64,000 nucleotides of DNA from Lytechinus pictus (Eukaryota), in assembly GCF_037042905.1 (NCBI RefSeq), contig NC_087245.1:10046001-10110000 (forward strand), in the 5' to 3' direction. A program made the translations under genes and the position numbers. Below, piece after piece: positions 14,782-28,471 of the stretch. The stretch's first letter is position 1. Every line of letters starts with the position of its first letter. The notes under the pieces are model-generated. The model did not search any database. It was not told the DNA's origin and was given only the letters and a program-made list of their open reading frames with translations.

Positions 14782-14957
14782 TATCTACGATGCGAGCTAG
14801 TCAAGATGTATACGTGGCTGACCTGGCCCACCAAGTCAACGATACACTACAGTGCCATTGTGATGATTACAGCTGTGAAGGAACCAATCGCTGTCAAGCA
14901 CTTCGGAAATGTTTCTCATCAATTACATCCGTAGATGGGATCATCATGAGGAGAATG
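14782..14957 (+). CDS. ACVR1: ALK1/2 ectodomain exon a
   Basis: ttcAG|; encodes STMRASQD...[37 protein letters not shown]; donor GTAAGT at 14958. Confidence 0.9.
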
Positions 14958-17900
14958 GTAAGTGTAGTCAGGGATTTTATTCTTGTACTGATCAGTAATC
15001 CTACAACTTGTCGAAGTAGAGAAATTAACCCAAAAGGAAATGTTTCACAATTCTGTAATTTGTCATTGATATTAATGGAGAACTGAGCAGCTGAAATATT
15101 TATATCTGGTTGGCTAAAAAGAATTAATTGGAAATCACTGTAAAGACCAGTGTTGTCTCCTTGGCGGTCAGTGCCGTTCAGAATTATCCGTCTCTCATAT
15201 TTTTGACCGGCACTCAATTCAATACACACTGCCTGACCAATGCCATTTTCCCTATTTGACAAAAAGCAAATGATATGAAAATGATAAAACTAAACTATTT
15301 TTTTTGTCCCCCTGAACTCTGGCAAGGTGTCACAGATTTTCTGACCACCACTGAAAAACCCCTTTGTGACAATCCAAGACCCAGTCTTACAAAGAGTTGC
15401 GATTGATCCAATCAATCACAACTACGGAAAGCCAGCAACATCAACATCTAAAACACATGTTGGTTCAAAATGTTTTCTAGATATGATATATATTAATACA
15501 TTCATAGTTTTCTTGAAAATTGAGTGTGCTTCTCTTTGTTTTTTTTTTTGCCCATTTCCTGAAGAAAAAATTATGACGTTGATGGATTTCCATATACTTA
15601 AGGTTGATTGGATCAATCGTAACTCGTTGTAAGACGGGGCCCTGGTATAGACACTCCCCGAAACACTCCCCTTTAAATCTGAATGGAGAAAGATCATTGT
15701 TATTGTGCAATTTTTCAAACTTTGTTGAAATATTTCATCATGATATTTAATTTTATCTTAACAGGGATGTGTGAACACAGAAGAACAGTACAACATGTTT
15801 TGTAAGATGCATCCCTATCCAGACATCTCTGTGTTGTGTTGTAATCATTCCTTCTGTAATCTTGATCTACAGCCAACATTCTTACCAACCACCACACCAC
15901 GCATCACAGAAGGTTTGTATCATAGATCTCTTCTTATTCATTTAACCGTGGGTAATCCATGTAACAAATGCTTAGTGCTTAGAACTTCAATTATTTCTTC
16001 TTTTTTTAAAAATAAGGAATATCCAATTAAGATCAGTTGATGAATGGAACCAAAGGTGGTGGAAAAGAAATAAAGTACAAGATGATGCCGGAACATGTAT
16101 CATAGGTTCATCATAAAGCCCAATTCAATAGCTTTTCCTGTTGATTGTCCAAGTCTTAAAAATGAAATGGGGTACTCTTTAATTGGATGATTGAATTTTT
16201 GTGTGAAGATGGCTACAAAATTATTTATTTATTAGGAACAACTTAATAGTGAAATGATTTTCCAATTCAAATGTATCAAACTAGCTCCATGTAGCTCAAA
16301 GGACTCAAGGAAGCAAATAACAAGAACCTTTTGATTTAAAAAATATGCGTCCTGTGTATTGGAATGTGAGAGTCTCGTAGTTAGTCCTTTATCTGGTTCA
16401 GCTTGGTATGGATGCATACAAAATATAATGAAGTTATTTTGAGGCCTGAATATTAGTTCTTGTAATTTTTTTATTGGTGGGTATGAAATCACTTGATGCA
16501 ATGTCAAGGTTATCTAGGCATCGAAAAGATGATTTATGACATCCTGCTTGGTACAGTGGTCTTGGCAGATGGTTAGCTAATTAGTCTGGATTGAATCAGG
16601 AAACATCTTTAGTTTTTCCTCACAAAATACTGAGTTTTCCATAAAAAGGGGTGTAACTTATCAGGATAACTTTTTTTAGATTGAATATAAAATACATCAA
16701 GCTGTCCTTGAATGATTATTGGAATTGAATCCTTCATGGCATACTAGTACTTAGAAAAGATATCAATGCACTTCAATACTCAGTGGTTCCTTATGAATTT
16801 CCTTTAGAATTTCCTTCCCGAAAATCCTACATTTGATGAACAATTGCTTGAAATGGTAGTTTTCCTCAAGTTTGTTTATAACCCAGAATGGATGGTCCTT
16901 TGAGCTTCAGGAGATAATGAAAGTGTGAGGCGGCTAGAGTAGGAAAGTGAAATATAAGTCAGTATGTATACCTAGTTATGGTTGTATTTATTTCTTCATC
17001 TGAGCCTAGTGTAAACATTGAGATTGATGGCTACTGTCATTTGACATACCAAACTTAGGGCCCCGGTTACATAAAACACACAGTTAATTGTACAGTCAAC
17101 GGTAACAGAAAGTCCTATGGCAAACCCTGTACAAAAAAAATACAATCAATTTTAATGTTAATTGAAAGGGAGGGACTATAATTGAAGATTACTTACTTCC
17201 TTGCTTCAACATTTTTAATAACATATTTTATTTGCACTTTTCTTTGATTGTTTCTTAATATGCACATTCATAAGCAAAAAGTAGCAAACAAATAATAAAT
17301 TCATAAAAAATATATTGTGGTCTTGGCCTTGTTGAATACATGTAGATGATACAACCAATCTAAAACTTTAAGTCTTCAGCAAATGTTCTCCAAAAGCCAT
17401 ATCAGTCATAGACTCTTTTTTCTCTTTATAATACAGGACCCTTATAAACTTTCAGTCAGTATAAACATAAAGAACAAAAAATCTAAAAAGACACTAAGCA
17501 CTTGGATATTGCTTTTTTATATACCCCTCCCCTTTGCAAATGAAATTTGATAAAAGTAACAAATGGCAGTACAACAAGTCTGAATAGTCACCATGTTTCT
17601 ATGTGACGCTTTGCACATTGCAGAGTGAACATGAGTAGTCATTCGTGTAATGTATCAGATTTAATGTGAGTAGATCTGTCGGGAGTCATTAATGTTGATT
17701 AGTATGTGTGTAAGAAAGCCCTTTAGTCACGTTTTTCTCTCATCACTCATTGCAATAAGAGAAGATAGAATTATGTACAGTCATGGATCCTGTCTGCAAA
17801 GAACTTCATTATGGAACATTAGATGAGTTTCCAGCTTAACATACTTGTACTAGTAAAAAGGAACATTGCAAGCGTACAATCCAAAGAAAATCCAAGTAAG

Positions 17901-20900
17901 ATGAGATTTGTACATGTAGGCCTATATGGATACATGTATGTCTAATAAATAGCTGAAACCAATGAGTTACTGAAGGAATGAGCTAGACAAGTTACAGAGA
18001 TTTTTAGCATATATTCTCAACAGGTGAGAAATTCAAAATGTTTAAAAGAAACAACTATTGGCTATCATTATACATTGTTTTAAAACATTGGATTAGGTTT
18101 TATAATATAACCTCTTGCATAAAATGTTCTAAAGTATAAACATGATTTGATACATGAGATAACTATTGCTTTATCCCATCATGACAGAGTTTCTTCATTC
18201 TCAATTATTTTAATTGTTTTTGTACGACCCATTGCAATTCAAGATATGAATACAACTCGATAGGTGTACTTCAAATGAGAAAAGTACAGGTACACCATCA
18301 AGCTTATTGACATTCAAAGGCAAGTTTTACGCATCTAAAGAAGACGTACAACCTTCATGCACTTTATAAGAATACACTTTACCTCGAAATCAAAAACTAT
18401 GAGGAGAGCCATTATACATGTATCCAATATTATCAGTACCCTGCATGTACTAGGAGTCTTTAGAGGGTTGACACCAATAACCTATATTTTGGTCAAACCT
18501 TTCCTCCAATGAGGCTTGATAACATTGGCTCCAGACGCAAATAGAATCATTGATCATCCGTGGGAAGAATGCTTTCTATCATTCAATTCAAACTACATCT
18601 CTGTGCAAGCTATGCTTTTCTCTCTTTTCCCCCAACTCTTTCTCTTTCCATTTAACTTGTTCTCTTTGTAACTCTCTTTTTACTCCTATTCTCATTTTTT
18701 TCCTGCACCCCTCCTTCCCTTCTCTACATTCATTTCTTAGCCTCTTTTAGACTCTCTCTTACCTTGCTTAAAATCTTACCTGCTAAAAAGCTGTAAAATG
18801 TTAAGATTTTTTTTCCTGTTATGGATATGCCACTTTCGGTACATTTAGCATAGGGTCAATTGAATTTTTTATTTTGGGAATTTTACAGGTATATTGCTTT
18901 CTATGTTTTTGCGGGTGTTATTACGATGGACAAGCTGCAAAAACTGCAAATGTTACAACTTGTAGCGCTAGAATATGTTTCTCATGCTAGATCGTTTCCA
19001 TTACGGGGGCAGGGGCCCTTCTCTTTGATAATGATTACATTGTTGGATCATTAGGAGATGTAGGCTGGGCTCACTTTTAAGGATCCAATGTCACACCCCT
19101 ATCAAAAAAATGAAAACAATATCATATACTCAATGCTGCCATGGTAATACTGTACATCTAGATGTATTATGATGTATTATGGTAATAATGCAACATTGGC
19201 CTGTTGAAGGGGGGGGGGGGGATTATTAATGTTTCCTCTCTCTCTCCCTCTCCCCTTCTCTTTCTCTTTCTTTCTATCTCTTTTCTCCCCCTCCCCCTCT
19301 GTTTCGTGCTTCTACTCTCTCTGTGTGTCTTTTTCTTGCTCTCTCCCACTCACCATGAGTCAGATCGGTAATGAAGAAGGCTATAGGGAGACATTAGTTT
19401 CTTGATAGTGTTCTGTTCGAACAGTGACAGGTAGAATCAATCAGAGGGCTGGTAGAAATCTTTTCCTTTGAGAGAGAATGTCAGAGAAATTTAGAAAGAG
19501 TTTCTAAATGAAATAAGAGAAAGATAGATACTTGTGTGTTAACACACACAACTGACACAGTGGAGGTGATCTCCCCCCAAAAAAGATGCCATATTGTATA
19601 TTAAGGTTTTTTTTTTATCCCTGATTTATGAATTATATGATTGTAGTTTAAACTATTTGTATGCATTGTTCCTGACCCATCGCAGTTTACTCTTCAACTT
19701 TAAAGCAATAATTAAATTTTAACATTTGTTTCTAATTGTATAATTGTCAGTTCAACCATAGACAGCTTACCCTTTAATAATCCATGTTAGTGTTTTATAG
19801 CTACAATATAGTTTACCAATTACCAATTTTTTTTTCAAAGTTTCAGTGTGATTACATGCATGATTTTCTATTGTACTGTATAATAATAAGGAATCAACAT
19901 TCTTGTGGGCTTAGAAAGTGTGTTATAACATGCAAAGGTTCAAGTGCATAGTCTGATATTAACATTGAATGGGTTGAAAATATGTGCCCTGTCGCCAGCT
20001 AGATTTACCAAGGGGTCACATCTTGAGATGTTTATGATATCTTCTAGTCTACTATTTTCACTGGAGACTGAATATCTACTGCTCTAAGCAAAGTCAAGTG
20101 CTCTTATATGCGCCTCAATATCTACCACTCTCAGATAGTCTCATTCTGTCTCTCGTTATTATAGGACTGTGATTTTCCCATAGTGGCTTGAAGTGCTCCA
20201 CAAGAAGAATCCTATGGAAAAAAAGACTTTTGTAATGGGTCTGAAGTGGACCCATTTCTAAACAAAGTCCAAATTTAAAACAAGTCTGGTTTATAAAGAG
20301 CTTCGTCCATTTAACTTGTGACAGTTCTAAAAGTTAATCTTCAATGGATACTTATATCATGATTTCTGAATAAACAAAAATTGAATCAAATGATTGCCCT
20401 TTCAATGTTTGAAATGCCTGTCTTGGTAAATTAGGAATTTTTATTGGTCTAAATCTTCAAATTGTCTTTGTTCTTGACAGTATTTTTGTTACTTCATTTA
20501 AAAAAAAATGTTTATACTACAAAAGCTTTTACATTATTGCCATATTTCATTGTTTTCATTGCTTGTATGTTATTCCTCTTATTTGTGATCATATTCTAAT
20601 TATTATCATTGTCACCTTCTTCATTGTTCTTATCATCATCATCATCATCATCATCATAACTATCATTATCATCATCATAACTATCAATATCATCAACAAA
20701 AAACTCATCATCAAAACCATTATCATAATCTTATTCTTCATCATTAGCAGCAGCAACAGAATCATCATCGTCGTCATTATCATTAGTAATGATTATTAAG
20801 AATAATAACACCATTCAGGCACTGATTTATTTTTGAATTAATTTTTATAGATCATCATCATCATCCTCATAATGGTCATGATTACTATTGTTATTACTTT

Positions 20901-23900
20901 TAGTATCAGAAGGTGAAGTACTGTATCTTGAAGCAAGAAAAACAAACATTTATTTAAAAGCAAAAATGGGACATTGGGCTTTTATGGTCATTCACCTCTC
21001 GCAATCAGATCTCATCAATAATCTCTTCTCAATTTCATTTCCTGTATACCATGGTATCATGAGTCACTCATTTGGAACAGTTGCTCACACCATCCATTAC
21101 CAACCATCTCAAGCCTGGCAATACCAGGGAATTATTAATGAGATTCCCATCCATTCTGCTCTTTATCATTATTACTGGTAGAGAAAAACATTTAGACAAT
21201 AGGAAGAAGAAAAAAAATCAATCAGTCAGCTGGTAAAGGGATTAATCATTCCTTGACCAGAAAAGGTGACTCCAGCGAAATAGAGTTTATTTCTGATCAT
21301 TTTGTTGATTCTTAAATTATACAGCTACAGTGCCACTATTTCTGAGGTTGATTTGGAAAACTTGTTAATTTTTTTCTTTTCAGACAAACAAGTTTTCAAA
21401 TTGCTTTAAAAACAGAGAACATCTTTAAATGATGGAAATGACTAGTTTAATACGAAGAGGCATAGCAATTGATTGCCTCTCAATATTGACCTTGAGAAGC
21501 AGACAGTTCCGATGTAGGATAAACATTGCTGTCAATTAAATTATTTTAATTGATTCTTGTTACGACGAAGAGTCTTTAATTGGTCGCCAAACTGTCCCAC
21601 AGCGTAGCAGCATCTTATGAAACAATGTTTTTGATTGAATAACCATACTACAGAACAAACATGTGATATTTTTCTTTTCTGTGCACGTAATATTTCTCAA
21701 TTGTTTTCTCTTTCACCAAGTCTATTTGCTTTTACACACTTGCTTCCATATATTGTTAAATCTTGTCATTTGGATATGCCTCACAAAGTAATGGTTTATA
21801 AAGTTATTTTTATCTTACATGTATGCTTTATATTTGATTGACTATTTTGTCCAGTGTTTATTGTATTTCTTCATTGTCTTTTAAGATTGAGTGATCAAAG
21901 GGTTGAATTATGAGATGCTGCGGTAAATTGTAGGCACATTTGATTAAATGTAGTAGGCATTTTTTCCACAAGTACTACATCTGCCAGCCCTGACTACTAA
22001 TTTAAACTGATTTGAACTTTGTCATTTCTTTGGCATTATTCATGTTCTACACGTACATGTAGTTAAAATTTCAGGGTTGAATAGGGTTCAATTGATTCAA
22101 AAGATTTTATATGTACCCATTAAAATTCCATCCTTTACAATGATCGTAGTTTAATACCATCACCCATCTCCAAACCCATCACTAATACATTATGCCTGCA
22201 CAAAAGAAATGGATACATTGAATGCATTAATGCTTTGCTTCAATATATTTGAAGGAGAAGATACTTTGGGTAATCTAGTCACAGTCTCATACTAATAACT
22301 TCCTAAAATCAAACTCATTTTTAAAACACTAAAATGATCTCCTTCAGGAATTTAGTTGTGCGTTACGTGCCCTGATCAAGGAACCTTTGAATAAGGAAAA
22401 GAGGGTTTTTGTAATTTACTGCAGCTGTAGGATGACCTTTGTATATATTCCCAATTTCATATCTTGGCTTGTCTGTTAGATCAAGCCTATGAAGATGTCA
22501 TTGATTTATCTGATATGTATGCATCACTACACATGGACTTGATTAGGTACTGTCTGTCTGGTGGGTTAGAGCAGCTAGCTAGCCAGCCTGCCTGCCAGGC
22601 AGCTTGGCAGGGAGAGAAAGGGACTAACCCATCACTGAGAATCATCATCAAATGATAATGAGCGACATTCTCATGCGCAAACAAACATCCGTAGGAGGAT
22701 CTCCTCAAGTTCATTCTTATTAATAGGAGTGTCACTGATTGGTAAATGAATAAGACAAAATTTAATGGAATTACTGCACATACAAACAAGTTATGAAACA
22801 ATTTATGATTCAAGGAAATATGTTTTCTACAACTGAAAAACAAATAGTTTATTCTTATTAGATATATTTAATTAACACCTTTTCAATTAACCCATGTAAA
22901 TATTATGTAATTTGTTCCAGATTATTTTTGTTTTTTTATGTTTATTTATATTTAGCATCTTTGTCATATTTTCATGTGCGTTTCTCAGCTAATTGCTGCT
23001 AGCATATTTTTTACAAAATGTTTGTCAGTTTGAATATATAATAATGACCCATGACCTTGCCAAAACTTTTTTCAAATGTTGCAATACATTTATGTATGAA
23101 CACATACTATTTTGTCCCACAACGTTCTTCAACTTAGTAATCAGGTCTATGAGCTTTGTCTTCTCAACTTATTGGAGACTGACATATTATAATGTCACAT
23201 ATTTTCCATAGACCCAGCCTGCCAATATGCGAGCTCAGAATCCTTCTGGATATACTAAAATAAATTTGTTTTAAGGTTTTCCTAAATGAATGAAATTACA
23301 GATTTTCACTGGTCATATTTATGTATTGCTATTCAGATGAATATGAGAACTGGTCATTTATCAAAATCCTTGCCATCTTTTCCTCCTGTTCTGCAGAGAT
23401 TGGTCACAAAGTGCCATATAACGTGACTTACACAGTCTTAGGTGTGGTCTGTCCATTGATTGCCTGTCTTATCGCTTTGATGATTGCTGCATACTGCTTC
23501 AGACGTCGTCATCAACAGCGTATGGATGAACTTAACCACCAGGAAGCACAGTATAGACAGGCTCATGATATCAGAGCTGTACCTGCAGGAGATAGTACCT
23601 TGAAGGTAAGTTGTCCAAAGGGTAGTCAAATACATGTAGGTTAGTCACTTTAAGCTCATGATATCAGAGCTGTACCGGCTGGTGATAGTACATTGAAGGT
23701 AAGTAGTTGAACAGGTTAGTCACTTTAGGCTCATGAGAGCTGTATCTGCAGGAGTCAAGATGTCTTTATCTTTTGATATATATAAACTGAGCAGCAACAG
23801 TAGGGAGGTTAATATCTAACATGTGTTTGCTGTATGTAATCACATTGTGTTTCATTGTATGGAAAACACAAAACTTCATAGTTAAATACATGTAGTATTC

Positions 23901-26900
23901 TTTTTTAATTCCTAGGTCAAATAATGTTACGAAGACAAATCCACCATTTACCATGACCTGTCATCAAAAATAAAATATATGGACACTAGCCATCAATTCA
24001 AAGGAATACATGTATGAGTGCCTACATGTAACTATTAAAAGCTAATAAAAAGTAAACCCCTACTTGAAATTGATAACTGTTGCAGCTTCAATAACACCCT
24101 TAAAAATCATGAAATGGTTGTGCCTGTGTTTATCAGCTTCCTTTTAAATGAATATAATTTTTTTTTTCATTTCATTTATTTTCCACAAATCAATCAAAAT
24201 ACAAAAACATATAACTCATTCCAAAATAGTATGCATAATTACAATATAAATGCAGATTCAAAGTGGATGGACCTAAAGTAAAGCAAAAGCTTGTTGTGGA
24301 TAGGCCCTTAACAAATAATTAATGTGTAATCATTGATAGCTAAAAATAGTTTCAGAAAATCATTTTACGTTTTCCATTACATGTATTTGTTTTCTTACTT
24401 TCTCTTGTATTGAAATTAACAACCACATCCACTTTAATACCTGTGGTTTCTATCCAGTATAAGTACTTCTATTCTGGTGTTACTTCAAGGATCGTTAAGA
24501 TATTATTAGAGGTGCTTTATTTGATTAATTCATGATTACCTGTCATATCCATGAGATTTTAGGGTCTTTATTAAAGTAAATCATTTAATCCTATAAATCA
24601 TGCTGTCATTAATGATGAAAATAATTATCATCTTTCCTGAAAATCACCTACTTCTGTGTGATGTTCAAGAAAAGGAAATAGAAAATTACTAGTAGCAGTT
24701 ATTGGAAACAGTAAGCACTCCTTGTATTGTAAATTATCTGATTTTTATGACCATAGTGTTGTTTATTGCCATAAATGTAGTATTGATTTAATGTTGAAAT
24801 CATGAGGTTTTTCACCTTCAGATAAGATGCACCCCTTCTCTATTACAAATGTGCACTAACCAATTAAAAAGTGCATTTGAACCCATGAAGTTTTCATCCT
24901 ACATATGTACCTCCATGTGTTAAGAGTTTTGTTACATGCTGGGCCAATTATAACCTCACCCTCATTCCAAGGGCGTTTGTTGTGTGATAAAGGAATACAT
25001 AACGTTTCTTAGTACAGTCACCTGTATTCTGATTTCAAAGCACCTTGATTTCCTACTTCACATCCTCTCCTATAAATATAGCAGCATTGAACAATACACA
25101 CTGCATGGACACACTCATGCTATCCCTGTCAATGGAAGGCCACGCTAGTTCATTCTCTTCAAGAATCAAACACACTTCAAACTCACTAATCTCAACTTCC
25201 TCTTATTTTTTCCTGTTTTAATTTACTGGGGCTTCGAGTTGTCTTCTCTTCTGTAAGTGCATTGCCCATTCATGCAATGGTACCGTGATGCCCTTACAGA
25301 TCTTCAGTATGTTCTTAAGAAATACAAATTCTAATTTAATTGACATTTTAGTGTAGCTCTAGATTTAATGTCACTAGTGTACTGTCCATGCATTTCTACA
25401 AAATAAATAAATGTATGTATTCTAGATGTTTATATCAAAGTTGTCAAATGAACAGCTGAATGAATTGAATTCTTTATTTGTTAAAAAGCTTTGTTTTGTA
25501 AAAATGATATTGCCTTTTCAAATGAATACCACTTAAGTAGAGGATGAAAAATTATGAAACAATGCAGATTATAACATTCACCTTTATAGGTAAAGTCTAC
25601 CAGCAATAAATTTTACAACTTTATATGTGAGTCAAAATGATTTATAGATATTAATATTTTCTGAATATGTGGATCTTTGATATTGTATTTTCTTTGGTAC
25701 AAATTGATGACATTTTGAAATTTCTTGAATCTGTATCTTTGAACACAAAATGGAATAATTTGAGAGCATTGTGTTCTCTGTGAAACTTTCTCATACTGAC
25801 TATAATAAATGTTCAAGCTTTTACCAGTATATTTCCTTAGAAGGCAAGCTTTTGTTCACACTTGTGAGTGCTTGCATGTACTTGGCTCATGAATGTCCAC
25901 AGGAGTGGGGGAAAGCTTGTCTTCCACAGAAGAAGAATAGTTGGTAGGAGCTTGGAACATTGAATTCATCTTCCCTATAAAACAAATGAAGGGTTTTCTG
26001 TATTAATTGCTGTGTTTTGTATATTTGTAGGACCTATTTGATCATTCTAATACATCTGGTAGTGGATCTGGTCTTCCATATCTGGTACAGAGGACAGTAG
26101 CAAGACAGATCAACCTTCTTCAACAAGTTGGTATGTAACCTGCTTCCCCTGCGCCCCATTCCTTTAATGCCAAATTTAATAACCATGTAGAAATATTCCT
26201 GTAGTAGAAGTAAATTATCAGTATGTTTCTTACTAGTAGAAAAAAAAGTTGAGATGTTTGCGTGCAGACTTTCTTGCCCGCCTTGTATTTGGAAAAACCC
26301 ACTCAGAACCATCATATTAATCAATAGTTTCCCCACCTGCCATTGTTTTTAACTGTTAAGGATAAGATGTGATACTCTCATTGTTGGCAAATAATACCTA
26401 CACGATTACCTCTCTTTTCAAAGCATGTCAGTGTCCAAGCAAAAGCCTTGCATTCATGCCCATATTTCTGTTTAAGTAAAACAAAAAATAAAACAGAGCT
26501 TATTCTATCATAACTATTGGAGCGTGTGGCATAAAGAGATGCAATCAAACACAGCTCCAAAAATCAAAATTAATTTAATTTTCAAATAATCAAAAGTGCT
26601 CATTTGAGACATATTTTTTTTTTTAGTTGCATGCTAAAATGAACCTGTTCTGCCTTGGAACCATGGTTGAATACATGTGAATGAATAATTTTTATTAGTT
26701 ATATACCACTTCTGATGCATTTCTCTCTCTTGATCTCTCTCTATCTTTGTAGGCAAGGGTAGATATGGTGAGGTATGGATGGGGACATGGCAGGGTGACA
26801 CTGTAGCAGTCAAGATCTTCAGTTCCATTGATGAGAAATCATGGTTCCGTGAGACAGAGATCTACAACACAGTCATGTTACGTCATGAAAACATCCTAGC

Positions 26901-28471
26901 CTTCTTTGCATCAGATATGACATCACGTCATTCCTGCACTCAGCTATGGCTGATCATGGAGTACCATGAACGGGGCTCCCTCTACGACTACCTCAACCGT
27001 CATGTGCTCGATGCCAGGCAGATGTGCCGTCTTGCGTTGACGGCCTGCAGCGGTCTCGTTCATCTTCATACTGAGATCACCTGCAACAACAGCAAGCCTG
27101 CCATCGCTCATAGAGACATCAAAACTAAGAATATCCTTGTCAAGAGGAACTTAACGTGTTGCATCGCCGATCTTGGATTGGCAGTCCTGCACACGCAAAG
27201 AGATGATAATATTAATATGGGAACGAACACTAGGGTTGGAACAAAGAGATATATGGCACCAGAGTTACTGGAGGAAACCATGGATGTTAGGTGCTTTGAA
27301 TCATTCAAGAGGGTTGATGTATATGCATTTGGCTTGGTGATGTGGGAGATCGCTAGGAGATGCGAGGTTGGAGGTAAATGTTTCTCTTTAATGAAGATTT
27401 ACTTATAGTTAATTCAACACATAAAACTCGATAGGATGTATGTGTACATTTTTAGTTTAAGTTAATAACCAAAGATATATGTCTCTTTGTATCTTTTTTA
27501 CCATAACGTTTGGGAATTTCAAGTTTTGGATGAGCTGTAACCATGTGATACAATACATATGTATTTACATTTCAGAATGCAAATGTATACAATTATTTTG
27601 AACATCAGATTGGGTCGAGTGCAGCACGTATTGATTAACCTCTTGCTATGAGAATTAAAAAAAGGAACCCACAAGAAATTTGAGATCTCTATTAAAAAAG
27701 AAAAAAATCATTATAAAATTATGTTACTTGATGATTGCATTTGTTGATATTTCAGGTATGGTAGCAGATTACAAGCCTCCATTCTTTGAGTATGTACCCA
27801 GTGATCCTAGCTATGATGATATGAGGAAAGTGGCCTGTATTGAGAAACTCAGACCAAATATACCAAACAGATGGACCAACAATACAGTAAGTTGATCATT
27901 TTCATACAACCTTCACCACTGGAGATTTTCAATGTTTTTTTTATTACCATTTATCTTTCATTTCATCTCACTTATTCCCACACTAATTCTACATGCCCTA
28001 CAAATACTTGTATAACTTTTTTCTTCATCAAAATTCTAACCATACACTGGAGAAAAAATGGGGTAGGTGGCGTTTCAATTTACCATGGGTTATTTTTCGG
28101 CAGCGATTGTGTGAATGGAACTTTAGCTTTTAGCGTTGGTGATGGACTGGCTCTGACATGAGTATTAAGCTGGTCCTGGCAGATGAATCTCACAGGTGTT
28201 TTGTAAATGCACATTTTTGGTTGGAACATGGATCAACCTATTCTTTGTAGAAAACTGTTAAGTTGTACTAGATACTAGTACTGATTGTTGTTTCTCCCAT
28301 TGCTCATTTCTACAGGTGCTTACATCAATGGCTAAATTAATGAAGGAATGTTGGTGTCCTACAGCATCAGCTCGACATACATCACTTAGAGTTAAGAAGA
28401 CCCTTATGAAGATCTCAGAAACATGTCCAAAACTACCCGATCCATACCACTGGGATAAAATCATTGCTTAA
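14782..28471 (+). CDS. ACVR1: Type I BMP/activin receptor Ser/Thr kinase of the ALK1/2 (ACVR1/Saxophone) class; spliced CDS join(14782-14957,15765-15912,23397-23605,26031-26130,26753-27373,27756-27886,28316-28471); N-terminal exon uncertain
   Basis: All exons have AG/GT boundaries with mutually consistent phases (1541 nt = 2 + 513 codons). Motifs: 10-Cys ectodomain ending [10 protein letters not shown] helix; GS box [50 protein letters not shown]45 loop [14 protein letters not shown], which is diagnostic of ALK1/2 rather than ALK3/6 or ALK4/5/7. Confidence 0.95.
15378..15642. mobile_element. MITE family A, copy 2
   Basis: gtcttacaaagagttgcgattgatccaatcaa ... ttgattggatcaatcgtaactcgttgtaagacggggccc. 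Confidence 0.85.
15765..15912 (+). CDS. ACVR1: ALK1/2 ectodomain exon b (cysteine box)
   Basis: taac[53 protein letters not shown]; phase 0 to 1. Confidence 0.93.
20600..20885. repeat. (CAT/ATC)n imperfect trinucleotide microsatellite
   Basis: atcatcatcatc... run; explains the poly-Ile/poly-Met pseudo-ORFs. Confidence 0.95.
23397..23605 (+). CDS. ACVR1: ALK1/2 transmembrane/juxtamembrane exon
   Basis: ctgcAG|; [23 protein letters not shown] followed by RRRH stop-transfer; ends AGDSTLK|GTAAG. Confidence 0.93.
23561..23754 (+). repeat. Tandem triplication of the TM-exon 3' end plus splice donor
   Basis: gctcatgatatcagagctgta...ttgaagGTAAG at 23561-23610 and at 23654-23703; a truncated third copy at 23729-23754. 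Confidence 0.95.
26031..26130 (+). CDS. ACVR1: ALK1/2 GS-domain exon (missed by the ORF track)
   Basis: ttgt[42 protein letters not shown]. Confidence 0.95.
26753..27373 (+). CDS. ACVR1: ALK1/2 main kinase exon
   Basis: Polypyrimidine tract plus AG at 26751-26752; GKGRYGEVW...[10 protein letters not shown]; donor GTAAAT at 27374. Confidence 0.97.
27756..27886 (+). CDS. ACVR1: ALK1/2 kinase exon
   Basis: ttc[52 protein letters not shown]. Confidence 0.95.
28316..28471 (+). CDS. ACVR1: ALK1/2 last coding exon
   Basis: ctac[53 protein letters not shown], then TAA at 28469-28471. Confidence 0.95.
   Translation: MLTSMAKLMKECWCPTASARHTSLRVKKTLMKISETCPKLPDPYHWDKIIA

Noticed and set aside
20563..20799. 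Hydrophobic Ile/Met-rich ORFs on both strands
   Set aside because: Translation of a (CAT)n microsatellite.
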